Below, piece by piece: positions 13,965 through 26,916 of a DNA stretch of 64,000 nt. This stretch comes from Octopus sinensis. Taxonomy: Eukaryota. Within the stretch, counting starts at the first letter, position 1; each line of letters opens with the position of its first letter. The notes below the pieces were generated by a model. That model was not told where the DNA came from. It worked only from the letters and a program-made list of their open reading frames with translations, and did not search any database. The translations under genes were made by a program, and so were the position numbers. The stretch is taken from the NCBI RefSeq assembly GCF_006345805.1, contig NC_043009.1:46252001-46316000 (forward strand). Reading direction: 5' to 3'.

Positions 13965-14265
13965 CCTTTTACTTCTTTCAGTCATTGAACTGCGGCCATG
14001 CAGAGGTACCACCTTGAAGAGTTTAGCCAAACAAATCGACCCAAGTGTTTATTTGCTTTTTTTTTTACGTCTCGTGCTTATTCTATCGGAACTCTTTTTG
14101 ACGAACCGCTAAGTTACGAGAACGTAAAGAAACCAACGTCAGTTGCCAAATCGTGGGGAAAGACATACACATACATACGACGCGCTTCCGCACAGTTTTC
14201 ACCTAACAGATTCACACACATCCATAGAGTAGAAGACGCCTATCTATGGTGCAATGCTGTGGGAC
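13965..14265 (-). mobile_element. SINE family C (old, diverged)
   Basis: TTATTCTATCGG...GAACCGCTAAGTTACG and GTAGAAGAC match 61511-61913. Confidence 0.65.
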
Positions 14266-14426
14266 AACCCTTCTTCCAAGGATCCTGATGAATAGTTTGA
14301 CTGATGAATAACACCCACAACCACATTACTATACTACACAATGATGGATATATTAGTTATTTCAACTTTATCAGTCGCAATTTTGCTTACTTTTGGTATC
14401 ACTAATACAGAACTTCGAATTCAGGT

Positions 14427-14608
14427 CACTCATAATTATAGCATGGCATACAACCACTGATTCTCATTACACACTTTTAATTATAGCAATGTATGAACAC
14501 CAACGATTCTCATTACTCACTTGTAATTATGGCATTGCATGAACACCACAGATATGCATTTCTCACTGATAATTCTAACATGGCATGAACACCAAAGACT
14601 CTCATTGC
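14427..14608. repeat. Degenerate ~45-bp minisatellite, about 4 copies
   Basis: Recurrent CACT..TAATTATAGCA.TG.ATGAACACCA..GATTCTCATTAC. Confidence 0.8.
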
Positions 14609-14949
14609 TGCCAATTACTCCCCATATAAACGGTATTTAGTTTGAGTTTTGACATCCTTAGTTGGTATGTAAGCCTCTATGTGGTGTCCTGCATATTAGA
14701 GACCCCCCACTCAAAAAAAAAAAAAAAAAAACGAATAAAATTTTCCTCTGTTCTACTTTAATTAAAAGAGAAGGACACACTAGATAGTGAAATCTCGGAA
14801 ACATTCTCTGAAAATAAAATAGAGTAGTCACGGCTGGAATATATATATCATTGACCAGCTTACTCAGTGACAAGTTACTAATCATTGGACACGTCTAGCA
14901 ATACATATTCCGTTATATATATATAGTGTTATCCAAGGAAAAGGCAAAG

Positions 14950-15126
14950 GCCGTTACAGCTTAGCACCTGTGACGTCGCAGCTCTTTTCTACAGCTGAGT
15001 GAACTGGAGCAACGTGAAATAAAGTGTCTTGCTCAAGAACATAACACGCAGCCTGGTCCGGGATTCGAACTCACAACCTCACGTTCGTAAGTTCGAAGCT
15101 CTAACCACTGAGCCATGCACCTTCAC
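14950..15126 (-). mobile_element. SINE family D (tRNA-derived head)
   Basis: Minus strand reads TGGCTCAGTGGTTAGAGC...GAGTTCGAATCCCGG...GTTCTTGAGCAAGACAC. Confidence 0.8.
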
Positions 15127-15983
15127 ATTAGCCATGCACGTCTGCACACCCACATATAAAGCTATATATTTGCACATACCACCCCTTCCTACTTTGTCCC
15201 CTACAACTTGACCGATTTCTAATCGCCATGTGCTCTATTTCCTGTCCTCCAGGCGGTCAATTTCCTGTTCGCCATGCGGTATTTTCCAACTAACTGTTAC
15301 CCATATACCAACATCAAATCATGACACCGCGTAACCTTCTCCGACCAATAGCAGCCCACCTTACGGTAATAACATTCAACTTCTATCATTCAAATTCCAA
15401 ATGGCTGGCGACTAGCATCACGCTTGAAACTCAAGAGTACCAATGTGTTTGAATCAAACAGTTTTGATCCATACATATAACTCTCAATAAATTGGTTGAG
15501 TACCCTTCATTTTTTGTCCACTCACTCGTGTATATATGATTTCTCTTGAATGAAACAGTTCTAGTCCTGTAGAAGCTCCTTCTATATAATAAATTAATTT
15601 TACTCTGCTATGTATTGAGTACCTTATTTACTGTGGTTAACCCCGAATCAACCCGGACCTACATATATATATATATATATATGGACAGATAGATAGATAT
15701 ATACATGCTTATATATACATACATACATATATATATATTATATATATATATAATATATATATATATATACAGCGATGACTTTCAGCGATCCCATCACTAC
15801 AGTATTTTTTTCTTATAACATGAGCAGCAGAGATATGCCTTCTCCGGCCTACTAAGGACTTGAACTCTGTTGCAACTTGACCATGATGGTCGCCTCTAGC
15901 AGCAGGTGCTCAGGGAACTTAATGCCTACACTGACACATACATACATACATACATACATACATACATACATACATACGTACAT

Positions 15984-16026
<43 letters not shown>

Positions 16027-16505
16027 ACACACACACACACACACACATGTTTGTATGATTGCACTTATGCGTAGTGAATTAATGATGGCTAAACATATAA
16101 GATGTTTTGCAAATTTTTGGTTTGGATGGTTTATAATTGTAATAACTTTAAGCATCTGCGTCGTTTTCATGGACCTCAGCTGAAGTAAACTAATTAGAGA
16201 CATATTCAAGTGCCGTAATAATTACTAGTATGACACTATAAATATACTCCGGGTGGATAATCTGCAGGTTTATTTATTCGTTCAGTAACGATACTTTAAA
16301 ATCCTTCTAATACATGCTTAGCTATTTAGCTTCACTGTTTCCACATTCTTGTATGTCCTAGACAATTATGTTCGCCATCTTATCCATACATTTTCGCGGC
16401 AGTTACATTGGAGTATTCCACCAGTAAGTGTAATGTGTTTTGTGTGCGGGTGCGTGCATGTGAATGTAAGGGATTCATGTGCTTGAGCAATTCCCCTCCT
16501 TTCAA

Positions 16506-16743
16506 CTTCTTATTTCTTTGTTGCCCACAAGGGGCTAAACATAGAGGAGACAAACAAGGACAGACAAAGGGATTCAGTCGATTACATCGACCCCAGCGCG
16601 TAACTGGTACTTAATTTATCGACCCCGAAAGGATGAAAGGAAAAGTCGGCCTCGGCGGAATTTGAACTCAGATCGTAACGGTAGACGAAATACTGCTTAG
16701 CATTTCGCCCGGCGTACTAACGTTTCTGCCAGCTCGCCGCCTT
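16506..16743 (-). mobile_element. SINE family B
   Basis: Aligns to 5652-5885. Confidence 0.9.
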
Positions 16744-17065
16744 TAAACTTCTGGCTTCATCAACACATGTTTGTACCGAGGTTATCTGCCGGTGAGTGTA
16801 ATTTTGTTTTTGAATATGTGTCATTGTGTATATATGACTGTGTGCGTGTGTAGCCACTGTGCACCGGTAAGTATGTTCGTGCATTTGTTTCTGCATCTGT
16901 GTAAGTGAGTATGTAAGAGCACGCAGGCATTGTATGCATGCATGACTAGGTGTGTGCGCATTTGTGCGCACGAATGAGAATGTATTTTATTTGACAACAG
17001 CATAAAATTCTTTGTCCAGTTATATGTAAATGGAATTGTTGCAGTAATCGTAATTGTTGTTGAAA

Positions 17066-17112
<47 letters not shown>

Positions 17113-17156
17113 AGGCGGTGAGCGGGCAGAACCATGAGCACGTAAAACAAATTGCA

Positions 17157-17308
17157 TAGGCGCAGGAGTGGCTGTGTGGTAAGTAGCTTGCTTTCCAACC
17201 ACATGGTTCTGGGTTCATTCCCACTGCGTTACACCTCGGGCAGGTGTCTTCTACTGTAGCCTCGGGAGTGGATTTGGTAGACGGAAACTGAAAGAAGCCC
17301 GTCGTATA

Positions 17309-17354
<46 letters not shown>

Positions 17355-17574
17355 ATATGTGTGTGTGTGTATGTGTCTCTGTTTGTCCCCCCAACATTGC
17401 TTGACAACCGATGCTGGTGTGTTTCGTCCCCGTAACTTAGCGGTTCGGCAAAAGCGACCGATAGAATAAGTACTAAGCTTCCAGAGAATAAGTCTTGGGG
17501 TCGATTGATTCGACTAAATATTTTTCATGGCAGTGCCCCAGCATGGCAACAATCTAATAACTGAAACAAGTAAA
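17157..17574 (+). mobile_element. SINE family C (tRNA head, CORE-like CCTTGGGCAAGT segment, internal microsatellite)
   Basis: Head TAGGCGCAGGAGTGGCTGTGTGGTAAG, internal (TA)n(TG)n, tail GGGGTCGAT..CGACT...CAGCATGG. Confidence 0.88.
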
Positions 17575-17870
17575 CGATTAAAAGATGCTAAAATAAATGC
17601 ACACACACATGCACGCACACTCACATATACACGCACACATTAATACATACATACATACATACATACTTGCGTACAAGTATTTTTGTATGCAGGTGTGCTT
17701 ATTGTGTGTGTGTATAACGAAGGAGAGAGAGAGAGAGAGAGAGAGAGTAGAGAGAAGAGAGACAGAGAAAGAGCAATTATATTCGATATTATAACTAATA
17801 GTAAAACCCAATTTTGGAAAGTCAACGCTTATACACACAGAAGATTACATTAATTGCAAATACTCTTTAA

Positions 17871-18157
17871 CTCTTTTACTTGTTTCAGTTATTTGACTGT
17901 GGCCGTGCTGGAGCACCGCCTTTAATCGAGCAAATCGACACCAGGACTTATTCTTTGTAAGCCTAGTACTTATTCTATCGGTCTTTTTTGTCGAAACGCT
18001 AAGTTACGGGGATGTAAACACACCAGCATCGGTTGTCAAGCGGTGTTGGGGGGACAAACACAGACACAGAAACATATATACACACACATACATATATAAA
18101 TAAATAAATAAATATATATATATATAAATAAATAAATATATATATATATATAAATAA

Positions 18158-18234
<77 letters not shown>

Positions 18235-18412
18235 ACATATATATACGACGGGCTTCTTTCAGTTTCCGTCTACCAAATCCACTCATAAGGATTGGTCGTC
18301 GGCCCGAGGCTATAGTAGAAGACATTTGCCCAAGGTGCCACGCAGTGGGACTGAACGCGGAACCATGTGGTTGGTAAGCAAGCTACTTACCACACAGCCA
18401 CTCCTACGCCTA
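17871..18412 (-). mobile_element. SINE family C with an expanded internal (TA)/(TAAA) tract
   Basis: Reverse complement of 20562-20962. Confidence 0.9.
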
Positions 18413-18875
18413 TTGATTACGAATTGATGATAAAATAATAATTTTTGAGGATTAAAATAGTTTTGCTTTTCATGAAAAGTTACTTTATTTCATTTTACAT
18501 TAATATCAAACTTCCTTAGTGGGGCATAGGGTCCAATGACCCCCTTATGTTCTTATAGAAGATTAGGATTCATTGTATTTATCGAAACAATGACAAAAAA
18601 AAATCATTAAGTAAATATGCGGGAAGTTATATTGGATATAACAATATTGCAGGCAACCTATCCGATTATGACTGACTACCTGGAGGAATTAGATTGTCGA
18701 CGATATAACGAGAGGAGACGGTGGAAATCTTGATAATGAAAATGTTGGAAAATCTATTGCACATTATCTGTTATCTTCAGTATACAATTAGAAACAATAT
18801 ACGACGACGACGGCGACAGTTAGAAGCATATATATATATACACGCGCGCGCACATATATATTAACAGTATATCTA

Positions 18876-18918
<43 letters not shown>

Positions 18919-18966
18919 CACACAGACAGAGACATATACGTATATATATATATATATTATATATAT

Positions 18967-19012
<46 letters not shown>

Positions 19013-19017
<5 letters not shown>

Positions 19018-19286
19018 CGTTTTGAGATTTGGTTTGCAAGATTCTTTATCTGTGAGTTCGTGTTATGAAGCATATTCTGTTGTGTCTGGGGAGAGTCATT
19101 CTCTTTTTTGTGCGTTATAATTTAAACACACTCACCGGTAAAATTTCCACTTATTTCTTATTTTTAATTTCCTAAAATTTTCGTTGCGTCTTGTAACCTT
19201 TTCAATAGTCAAGTCTATTGAAAAGGTTACAAGATGCAACGAAAATATACCTACAAAAAAGAGAATGATTCTCCCCAGACACCACA

Positions 19287-19287
<1 letters not shown>
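19013..19287. mobile_element. Foldback element in (TA)n carrying a variant hammerhead-like motif
   Basis: Hairpin arms 19177-19208/19215-19246 (32 bp, 1 mismatch) and outer arms 19083-19111/19253-19281. Confidence 0.75.
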
Positions 19288-19343
<56 letters not shown>

Positions 19344-19694
19344 TAAGTGTAAGTCTAAATCTCTCTCTATGGATATATTATTTCTGTATTACTATTACGG
19401 CATATAATCAATGCTTAAAACTGCATATGTTCAGTGTTACTTCAGATGATGCAGACGTGAAGAGGGACAGAGATATTCTTACTGGAAGTCAATTTCGATA
19501 TTTTGAAGACGTAATAAATTTTTACGTTTATTCTACACATACATCATTAACAATATCTACCATGTAAGGTAATATCTTATAAACAGAATCTGTTTATATC
19601 ATCCAGTCATCAGAGATTGTCTAATAGCCTACAGGCGTCTTTATGTTATTAACATATTCATCAACTGTTACATACATGTATCCATGCGTCATGC

Positions 19695-19796
<102 letters not shown>

Positions 19797-19807
19797 ATAT
19801 ATATTAT

Positions 19808-20253
19808 TGAAGTAGATAAATGAATTATCTTATTACGGATTATTCAAATGATAACCGATAGCTGGGTAGCAAAAATCACAACAGAAAAAGCACGGTTGAG
19901 GTTACGACCATGGGGTCTAAAATCCGTGCCTTAGTGCGGAAATTTGAAGTTTTATATATTTAGTGTAGGAAGAAATGGAGCTGAACGAAGACTTAACAAA
20001 ATTCCTTTTTATTATTTTCTACATATGTTTCATTTATTCCATGGGCTCCTCGTGAGCGTTTGTAGAAAAGCTTGCTGTACATTTTGTTGGAGAATTAAGT
20101 TCCTGGATTTTCCTGAAGAGAAGGCTGCAAAATGGACTCCTTATTCAATCCGAATTAGGGACTTTGCAGCCTTTGAAACATATGTAGAAAATAATAAAAA
20201 TGAATTTTATTAAGTCGTCGTTCAGCTCCATTTTTTCCTACACTAAATATATA
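19808..20253. mobile_element. Penelope-like pseudo-LTR foldback element in (TA)n
   Basis: ~80-bp inverted arms 19953-20032/20174-20253. Contains a complete hammerhead and no ORF. Confidence 0.8.
20107..20192 (+). ncRNA. Type I hammerhead ribozyme (complete fold)
   Basis: Stem I ATTTTC 20107-20112/GAAAAT 20187-20192; core CTGAAGA 20113-20119; 12-bp stem II GAAGGCTGCAAA/TTTGCAGCCTTT; GAAA 20175-20178; stem III within the palindrome ACATATGT; GUA site at 20184-20186. Confidence 0.85.
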
Positions 20254-20561
20254 TATATATATATATGTATACAGATATATATGTAGTTATATACATATAT
20301 GCATAATGTGTTATATATATGTATGTGTATGTACATGTTTGTATGTAGATATACACTCAAGCACCTGTGTGTGTGTGCGTATGTGTATGTGTGTGCGTAT
20401 GTCTGTGTGTGTGTGTGTGTATCTGCTTTCACCAATGGTTCATTCACACTTGTGAGATTTTGCCAGTTTGAATACGAAAAATCCCTTGATGAAAAGCATC
20501 GAAATGTTTACTGCACTTGCAGACAGCTTGGCAAACGTAGTTATCCACCACCGCATTCTCT

Positions 20562-20962
20562 GTGGCTGTGTGGTAAGTAGCTTGTTTACCAACCACGTGG
20601 TTCCGAGTTCAGTTCAGTCCCACTGCGTGGCACCTTGGGCAAGTGTCTTCTACTATAGCCTCGGGCCGACCAAAGCCTTGTGAGTGGATTTGGTAGACGG
20701 AAAGTGAAAAGAAGCCCGTCGTATATATGTATATATATATGCATGTGTGTGTTTGTGTGTCTGTGTTTGTCCCCCTAGCATTGCTTGACAACCGATGCTG
20801 GTGTGTTTACGTCCCCGTAACTTAGCGGTTCGACAAAAGGAAACCGATAGAATAAGTACTAGGCTTACGAAGAATAAGTCCTGGGGTCGATTTGCTCGAC
20901 TAAAGGCGGTGCTCCAGCATGGCCGCAGTCAAATGACTGAAACAAGTAAAATAGTAAAAGAG
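20562..20962 (+). mobile_element. SINE family C
   Basis: Near-complete copy; aligns to the reverse complement of 61511-61913. Confidence 0.92.
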
Positions 20963-21449
20963 AATAAGCGTATATATATATATACACACATATAATATAC
21001 TATATATATATACATACACAAATATATACACGCATATATATATATATATATATATGTATACGTATACACACACGTATACATGTGAGTATGTATGTATGTT
21101 ACGCAGAACAGAAGTGTGTGGAGACACTGAGTGTACAGAAGAAGGAGTTGCAGGTGGAAATTCTGTTCGAGCTAAATGGAATGACTAAACTTTCGTGGGT
21201 GTGTACTGTAGTAAGTGTATATATGTAAGTGTGTGTGTATGTATGTGTACATATGTATGTGCGTGTGTGTGTGTGAATATACTAAAAGATAAGTCGGCAT
21301 CGAAATAATCTCTCTCCCTTTGTCTGTTTGTCTCTCATCCCCACCGTGATTGTTTTCTTTATTTTCACTATTGTTTCAGCTATTGCCTTTGATCTATTGT
21401 CTTATAGTTGAATTTAATTTGAGTGTGTATGCATAACAATTACTCAGTT

Positions 21450-21945
21450 GTGGAGGTGCAATGGCCCAGTGGTTAGGGTAGCGGACTCGCGGTTGTTGGA
21501 TCACGGTTTCGATTCCCAAACCGGGCGTTATGATTGTTTATTAAGCGAAAACACCTAAAAGCTCCACGTGGCTCCGGCAGTGGGTGGTGGAGAATCCTGC
21601 TGTACTATTTCCCCCACAACTTTCTCTCACTCTTTCCTCCTGATTCTGTTGTACTTGCATTTCAAAGGTGCTACGGGTTACTCCGTTGCTTACAACGACG
21701 ATTGTTCCAGTAGATCCGATCAACGGAACAGGCTACTCGTGAAATTAACGTGCAAGTGGCTGAACTTTCCGCAGACACGTGTACCCGTAACGTAGTTCTC
21801 AGGCAGATTCAGCGTGACACAGAATGTCAAAAGGCGGACTGTTTGAATTATTAGTACAACTCATTTTCGCCAGTTGAATGGTTGAGAGAAAGGTAAAATA
21901 AAGAGTCTTGCTCAAGAACATAATGCACAGCCTGGATTGAACACA
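21450..21945. mobile_element. Tail-to-tail SINEs: family A 5' part (plus, 21450-21668) and a family D-like copy (minus, 21678-21945)
   Basis: A/B-box head on plus, followed by the reverse complement of the family A-type tail joined to a family D-type body. Confidence 0.75.
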
Positions 21946-22064
21946 AGAATAGTTTCTCGTTGCCTTCTCGAGGCAGCGCGATTCAAAACTAAGAATGTGG
22001 AGGGCCGGAAGATATACCGTAAAACATTTCTGCCGACGCGCCAACGATTCTTCAACCCACGCGC

Positions 22065-22190
22065 CTGCAGAGCAACGTGAAATGAAATATTTTGTTCAAG
22101 AACACAACGCGCCGTCCGATTCGGGAAATTATAACCCACAATCTAGCGAGTATGAGTGCAACACTCTAACTACTAGGTTACGGCCCTTCA
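22065..22190 (-). mobile_element. SINE family D head fragment
   Basis: GAGCAACGTGAAATGAA...TTGTTCAAGAACACAACG matches 15007-15126. Confidence 0.6.
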
Positions 22191-22492
22191 CACACACACA
22201 CACACACACATGCACACACATTTATATGAATATTTATTTATTTCGTTTTCAGCAATTATCAATACTAATAATTGACACAAAATGTTATAGTCTTTAAACA
22301 ATTAATGCTTAATATTCCTTCTTTGATCTACATCCATGAACAGACTATTTCGGTATAATGTACATATTCAGGAAACAATAATAAATCAGTAAGTAGACAA
22401 TTCATTATATTACATTTTATTTTCCAAGTATTTTCATTTTAACGCAGATAAATAATAGACGGATAATAATATAGACAGATATATATATTATT

Positions 22493-22523
<31 letters not shown>

Positions 22524-23588
22524 AAGAAAGAGAGAGGGAGAGAGAGAGAGAGTAAAAGAAGAGGAAGGAAAGTAATAGAGACATAATTTTAGAGGTTTCT
22601 CTAAAAATATGTTGGAGAACTTGCACACCTAAAAAAAATAACAATCCAGGTGCACTTAGCCATTGGATAGAGAGCGATAAAATGAGTACAAAGTTAAGTA
22701 CTGAATTAGGTGTAATCGAACTAGTCGATATTGAAACTATAGGGTAAAATAGGGTGTAAGTCTAGCTAGTCACCACTGTTAGCGACAGGATCAATATTTA
22801 TGATGAGAATTCCGTCAAGCTGATCAGCTGCTCAGCTGCTCCACAATAATTTCGTGTATGTTTTTGAGTAAGATGAGCTCAACAAATGGTTAGTAAACAG
22901 TGTACGACGACCAAATCTATAGCAGCGCTACTGTCAATGGAATAATGGACCACACAATAAATGATAACAACTGCACAGTAGGTATATTGAATTCTAGTTT
23001 AGGTAGAAGGCCACACATTTTGCAGAAAGGCACATTCGAATGTTTCGAATATGCCTATTCCAGTAGTTAATTTGTACTTATTTTACCGACTTTGGAATGC
23101 TTGAAAGGCAAGGTTGGCCTTGGCGGGATTCGAAATCAAAATATAAAAGAACATGGAGTTTAAAATATATGTATATATAAAATACTTTGTTGATTTGATT
23201 AATTCTGTATATGAAGACATAAAAAATCCAGTACAAAGTTTTGTTGGTGCTTAAAACATCCACGAAATTTGAAAAACAGAAAATTCAGTAACTGAAGCAT
23301 AGTGATTTTGATTTTTTTAAATGATCATGGCTTTATCTTTCTAAATTTACTCGACAAATTTGTCCATGCTACAAAAATAAATAAATGAATGAATAAATAA
23401 ATAATAATAATAAAAAAACAAACTGCCCGTTCGAATATGTCGCGTTAGATAATTGAGCTAAAGGTTAGTTAATTATCCATACATGAAGCCAACAGTAATG
23501 GCCTGAAAAACTGTATGATACTTAACCGCCAATTTAACTCATTACCTGATTTGCCGGAGGGATATTATACATTGTTGCATTGAATTTT

Positions 23589-23630
<42 letters not shown>

Positions 23631-23775
23631 GAATGTGTGTGTGTGTGTGTGTGTATATACAGATATTACATATATATATGTACATATACATATATGTATG
23701 TATGTGTATGTATATAAATATATATATATGTATATATATGTATGTATGTATATATGTATATATATTATGTACATC

Positions 23776-23812
<37 letters not shown>

Positions 23813-23959
23813 GTATATATGTATATATATTATGTACATCTATATATACACACATATATGCATCATACACACATAAACATAAACACACAAACACACACAC
23901 AGACACACAGACACTCACACATACACGTACACACACACACATACACACACATATAGACT

Positions 23960-25230
23960 AGTGGGTGCTGAAAAGTTCCTGACTTTGGATAAAAGAGGTT
24001 ACAGGAGGGTCAGTTAATTATGATTTTATTCAACATATTCTTCTCAGATTCACACACTTATTGCAGCGGGCCTTCAGTTTTTCTAAGTCCTGTAAAATGA
24101 ACTCAGAAGGTTGGACCTCCCAAAAAGTCTCTGTAGCAGCGACGACTTCCGAATCGGAGTGAAATTTTGCTCCATTGAGATGTTCTATCAGTTGTGGCAA
24201 AAGGTGATAGTAGGAGGGGGCCAAGTCAGAAGAGTAAGGTGGGTCAGTCTACCATTTGAAGCGAAAGACATTTTTCCGTAGAGTTTAATGTGCTGCGTGT
24301 GCTGGTGCATTATCCTGCAAAAACAGGAGATAACGGTCAGCTTTCCACGGATTTTCCGCTTTTGAGCTTCATGCAGTCCGTCCAGCAGAGACATGTAGTA
24401 ATCAGTGTCAATGGTGCGACTCTTTGGCAGGTATTTTATGAGGACTACCCCGTTTTTGTCCCAGAACACTGAAGCCAGAATCTTTTCAGCTGACTTCTGG
24501 GTCCGAAACTTCTTGGGACGCGGTAGACCACTGTGGTGTCTCTCCATTGACTGCTGTTTGGTCTGGAGATCAAATTTATAAGCCAAGTTTCATTCATGGT
24601 AACTAAACGAGCCATACAATCAGCCTCTCCTGCTGCAAACCGGTCCAAAATCGCCTTTGATGTCGTCACTCTGACGCGCTTCTGATCTGCGTTCAAACAT
24701 TTCGGCACCCATTTTGTGGAAAGCTTTCTCATGTCCAGATTGTGAATTATGTGGCAAACTCTTTCATGTGAAATCCCCTGAGTCTCAGCCATGACGTTTG
24801 GGGAAACCCGGCGGTCCTCAAGTATCATGACGTGCACAGCGTCGGCCTTGTCCTCTATGGTCGCGGAATTTGGCCGTCTTGATAAGGGTTCATCTGTGAC
24901 CTGAAAATGACCAGTCCGAAACCTTATCACCCAGGATTTCACTGTGGAGTAAGATGGGCAACCATTCTTCAAGACATCCTTCATCTCGTCATGGATTTCC
25001 GCCGCTTTGTTTCGTATAAAGAGGAACTTCAGGATCGCTCTTGCATCAATTTTACTGAAATTCACTGTAGAAGCTACATTCATGAGTTAAATCTGCAAAA
25101 GTGAGGATATATTGTATACCATCACGATCTTTTGAATATCTTCTAAACAGTTATCCTACCTCCCCAGAAAATGTAACAGCTGTACCCTTTCGCAATACCT
25201 TTAAAGTCAGGAATTTCTCACCACCCACTC
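23960..25230 (-). mobile_element. Mariner (DD34D) transposon, full length but inactive
   Basis: TIRs AGTGGGTGCTGAAAAGTTCCTGACTTT (from 23960) and AAAGTCAGGAATTTCTCACCACCCACT (25203-25229); ~1.27 kb. Confidence 0.92.
24030..25083 (-). pseudogene. Frameshifted mariner transposase
   Basis: Motifs WVPKCL, VTMNETW (D to N), KILASVFWD, LQDNAPAH and PPYSSDLAPSYYHL (D to Y) are spread over several frames. Confidence 0.92.
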
Positions 25231-25252
25231 GGTGTATATATGTATATATATG

Positions 25253-25295
<43 letters not shown>

Positions 25296-25322
25296 ATATA
25301 TTTATATATGTATATATATATA

Positions 25323-25369
<47 letters not shown>

Positions 25370-25370
25370 A

Positions 25371-26327
25371 CAACAATTGAGGGTAAAATTAATTAATTAA
25401 TCAATTTCACCAAGTGTTCAGTATGTAAAGGACTATTTAAGGCGAATTCAAAATATTACATTATATAATTAGGGCTTAGTAAAATAAATTACTTTGCCAC
25501 ATACTGAACTTAGTAGACGAAAGAAATGCTGATTTTATTTGGCTAATCTTGAAACGTTGACGTACTCAAACGATCTATGTACTTGTGATATTTTTCTGTA
25601 TTTACCTCCAAACCTTCGTGAGCTGTCTGGAGTAAACATTATCTGAGAGAAATTTTCTTTAAGTAGTAGAAATAGCTAAAAAAAAATTTTTTTTTGGCTG
25701 CTATTTTCTACTAAGTTCAGTATGTGGCAAAGTAATTTATTTTACTAAGCCCTAATTATATAATGTAATATTTTGAATTCGCCTTAAATGGTCCTTTACA
25801 TACTGAACACTTGGTGAAATTGATTAATTAATTAATTTTACCCTCAATTGTTGATATTATAATTCATTTCTCTCTGTCATACTGCCTCGGTTCTCGCGGT
25901 TAAAATATAGTGTTTGCTAGATAGACCACGTGGGTGGAAGCGGAGTGCAGAAATTTACGCCTGCGCATTTTGAATTTGTTGACACTGTTAGTTGGAGTGG
26001 TTCATCTGAAGCGACAAGTTCGCTGATAGGTAAAGTTCCTTCTTTTTAGTTTCCAAATCCAAATTAAGAAATTTTGAGCTGACGAAAGAAATGCTGATTT
26101 TATTTGGCTAATCTTGAAACGTTGACGTACTCAAACGATCTATGTACTTGTGATATTTTTCTGTATTTACCTCCAAACCTTCGTGAGCTGTCTGGAGTAA
26201 ACATTATCTGAGAGAAATTTTCTTTAAGTAGTAGAAATAGCTAAAAAAAAAATTTTTTTGGCTGCTATTTCTACTAAGTTCAGTATGTGGCAAAGTAATT
26301 TATTTTACTAAGCCCTAATTATATAAT
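25371..26327 (+). mobile_element. Penelope-like pseudo-LTR structure: inverted plus tandem direct copies, in (TA)n
   Basis: Inverted repeat 25371-25517/25707-25853 (147 bp). Direct repeat 25516-25764/26081-26327 (period 565). Hammerhead at 26073-26135. Confidence 0.85.
26073..26135 (+). ncRNA. Type I hammerhead ribozyme (complete fold)
   Basis: Stem I TTTGAG/CTCAAA; core CTGACGA 26079-26085; stem II AAGA/TCTT extended by GCTGA/TTGGC; GAAA 26116-26119; stem III ACG-TTGA-CGT; GUA site at 26127-26129. Confidence 0.85.
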
Positions 26328-26916
26328 TATATATATATATATATATGATTGTGTGTGTTTGTGTGTGTATGGGTGTCTATATATCTATAGACTGCTGTCT
26401 TCTATCTCCATACAATAATTCTGTCCTTTCCCGGAATGACATGTTAAGTTTGAAGAAATTCTTGATTCTTGAGATTATCTTCCATATTATATGGAGCTGG
26501 CTATCAATTGCCGTTTTACTAATTATAAAACACCCTTTAGACGAGGAGAGAACTGGTAAATCTAGAACTTATGTTTTTTGATATTTGATATTTCTTTGTT
26601 TCTCAAGGATTTTCAAATACAAGGCACCGGCCATTTTGAGTTATATTTGTCATACATCATTTTTGTTCATACATACACACACACACACACACATATATAT
26701 CGAAAGTAAAATTTCCAAAAAGATTTCAAGGGATATATAATCCTGGCGGTTTCTGTGTTAACTCCTAGATCTGTTCTCAATGCCGGTTAACCACAGCGAA
26801 TTACAGTGATATTTGAGTTAGTGATTATTTACTGGACTCGGTTATTATCCTCGCTTGGTAAATCCGAATATCCTTTTAGGGACTGTATAGTTTCTGCAGA
26901 GAAAATAATGAAATTA

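Noticed and set aside
19440-19620. Possible hammerheads (CAGATGA on plus, CTGATGA on minus) between (TA)n tracts
   Set aside because: GAAA and the stems are too degenerate to support a fold.
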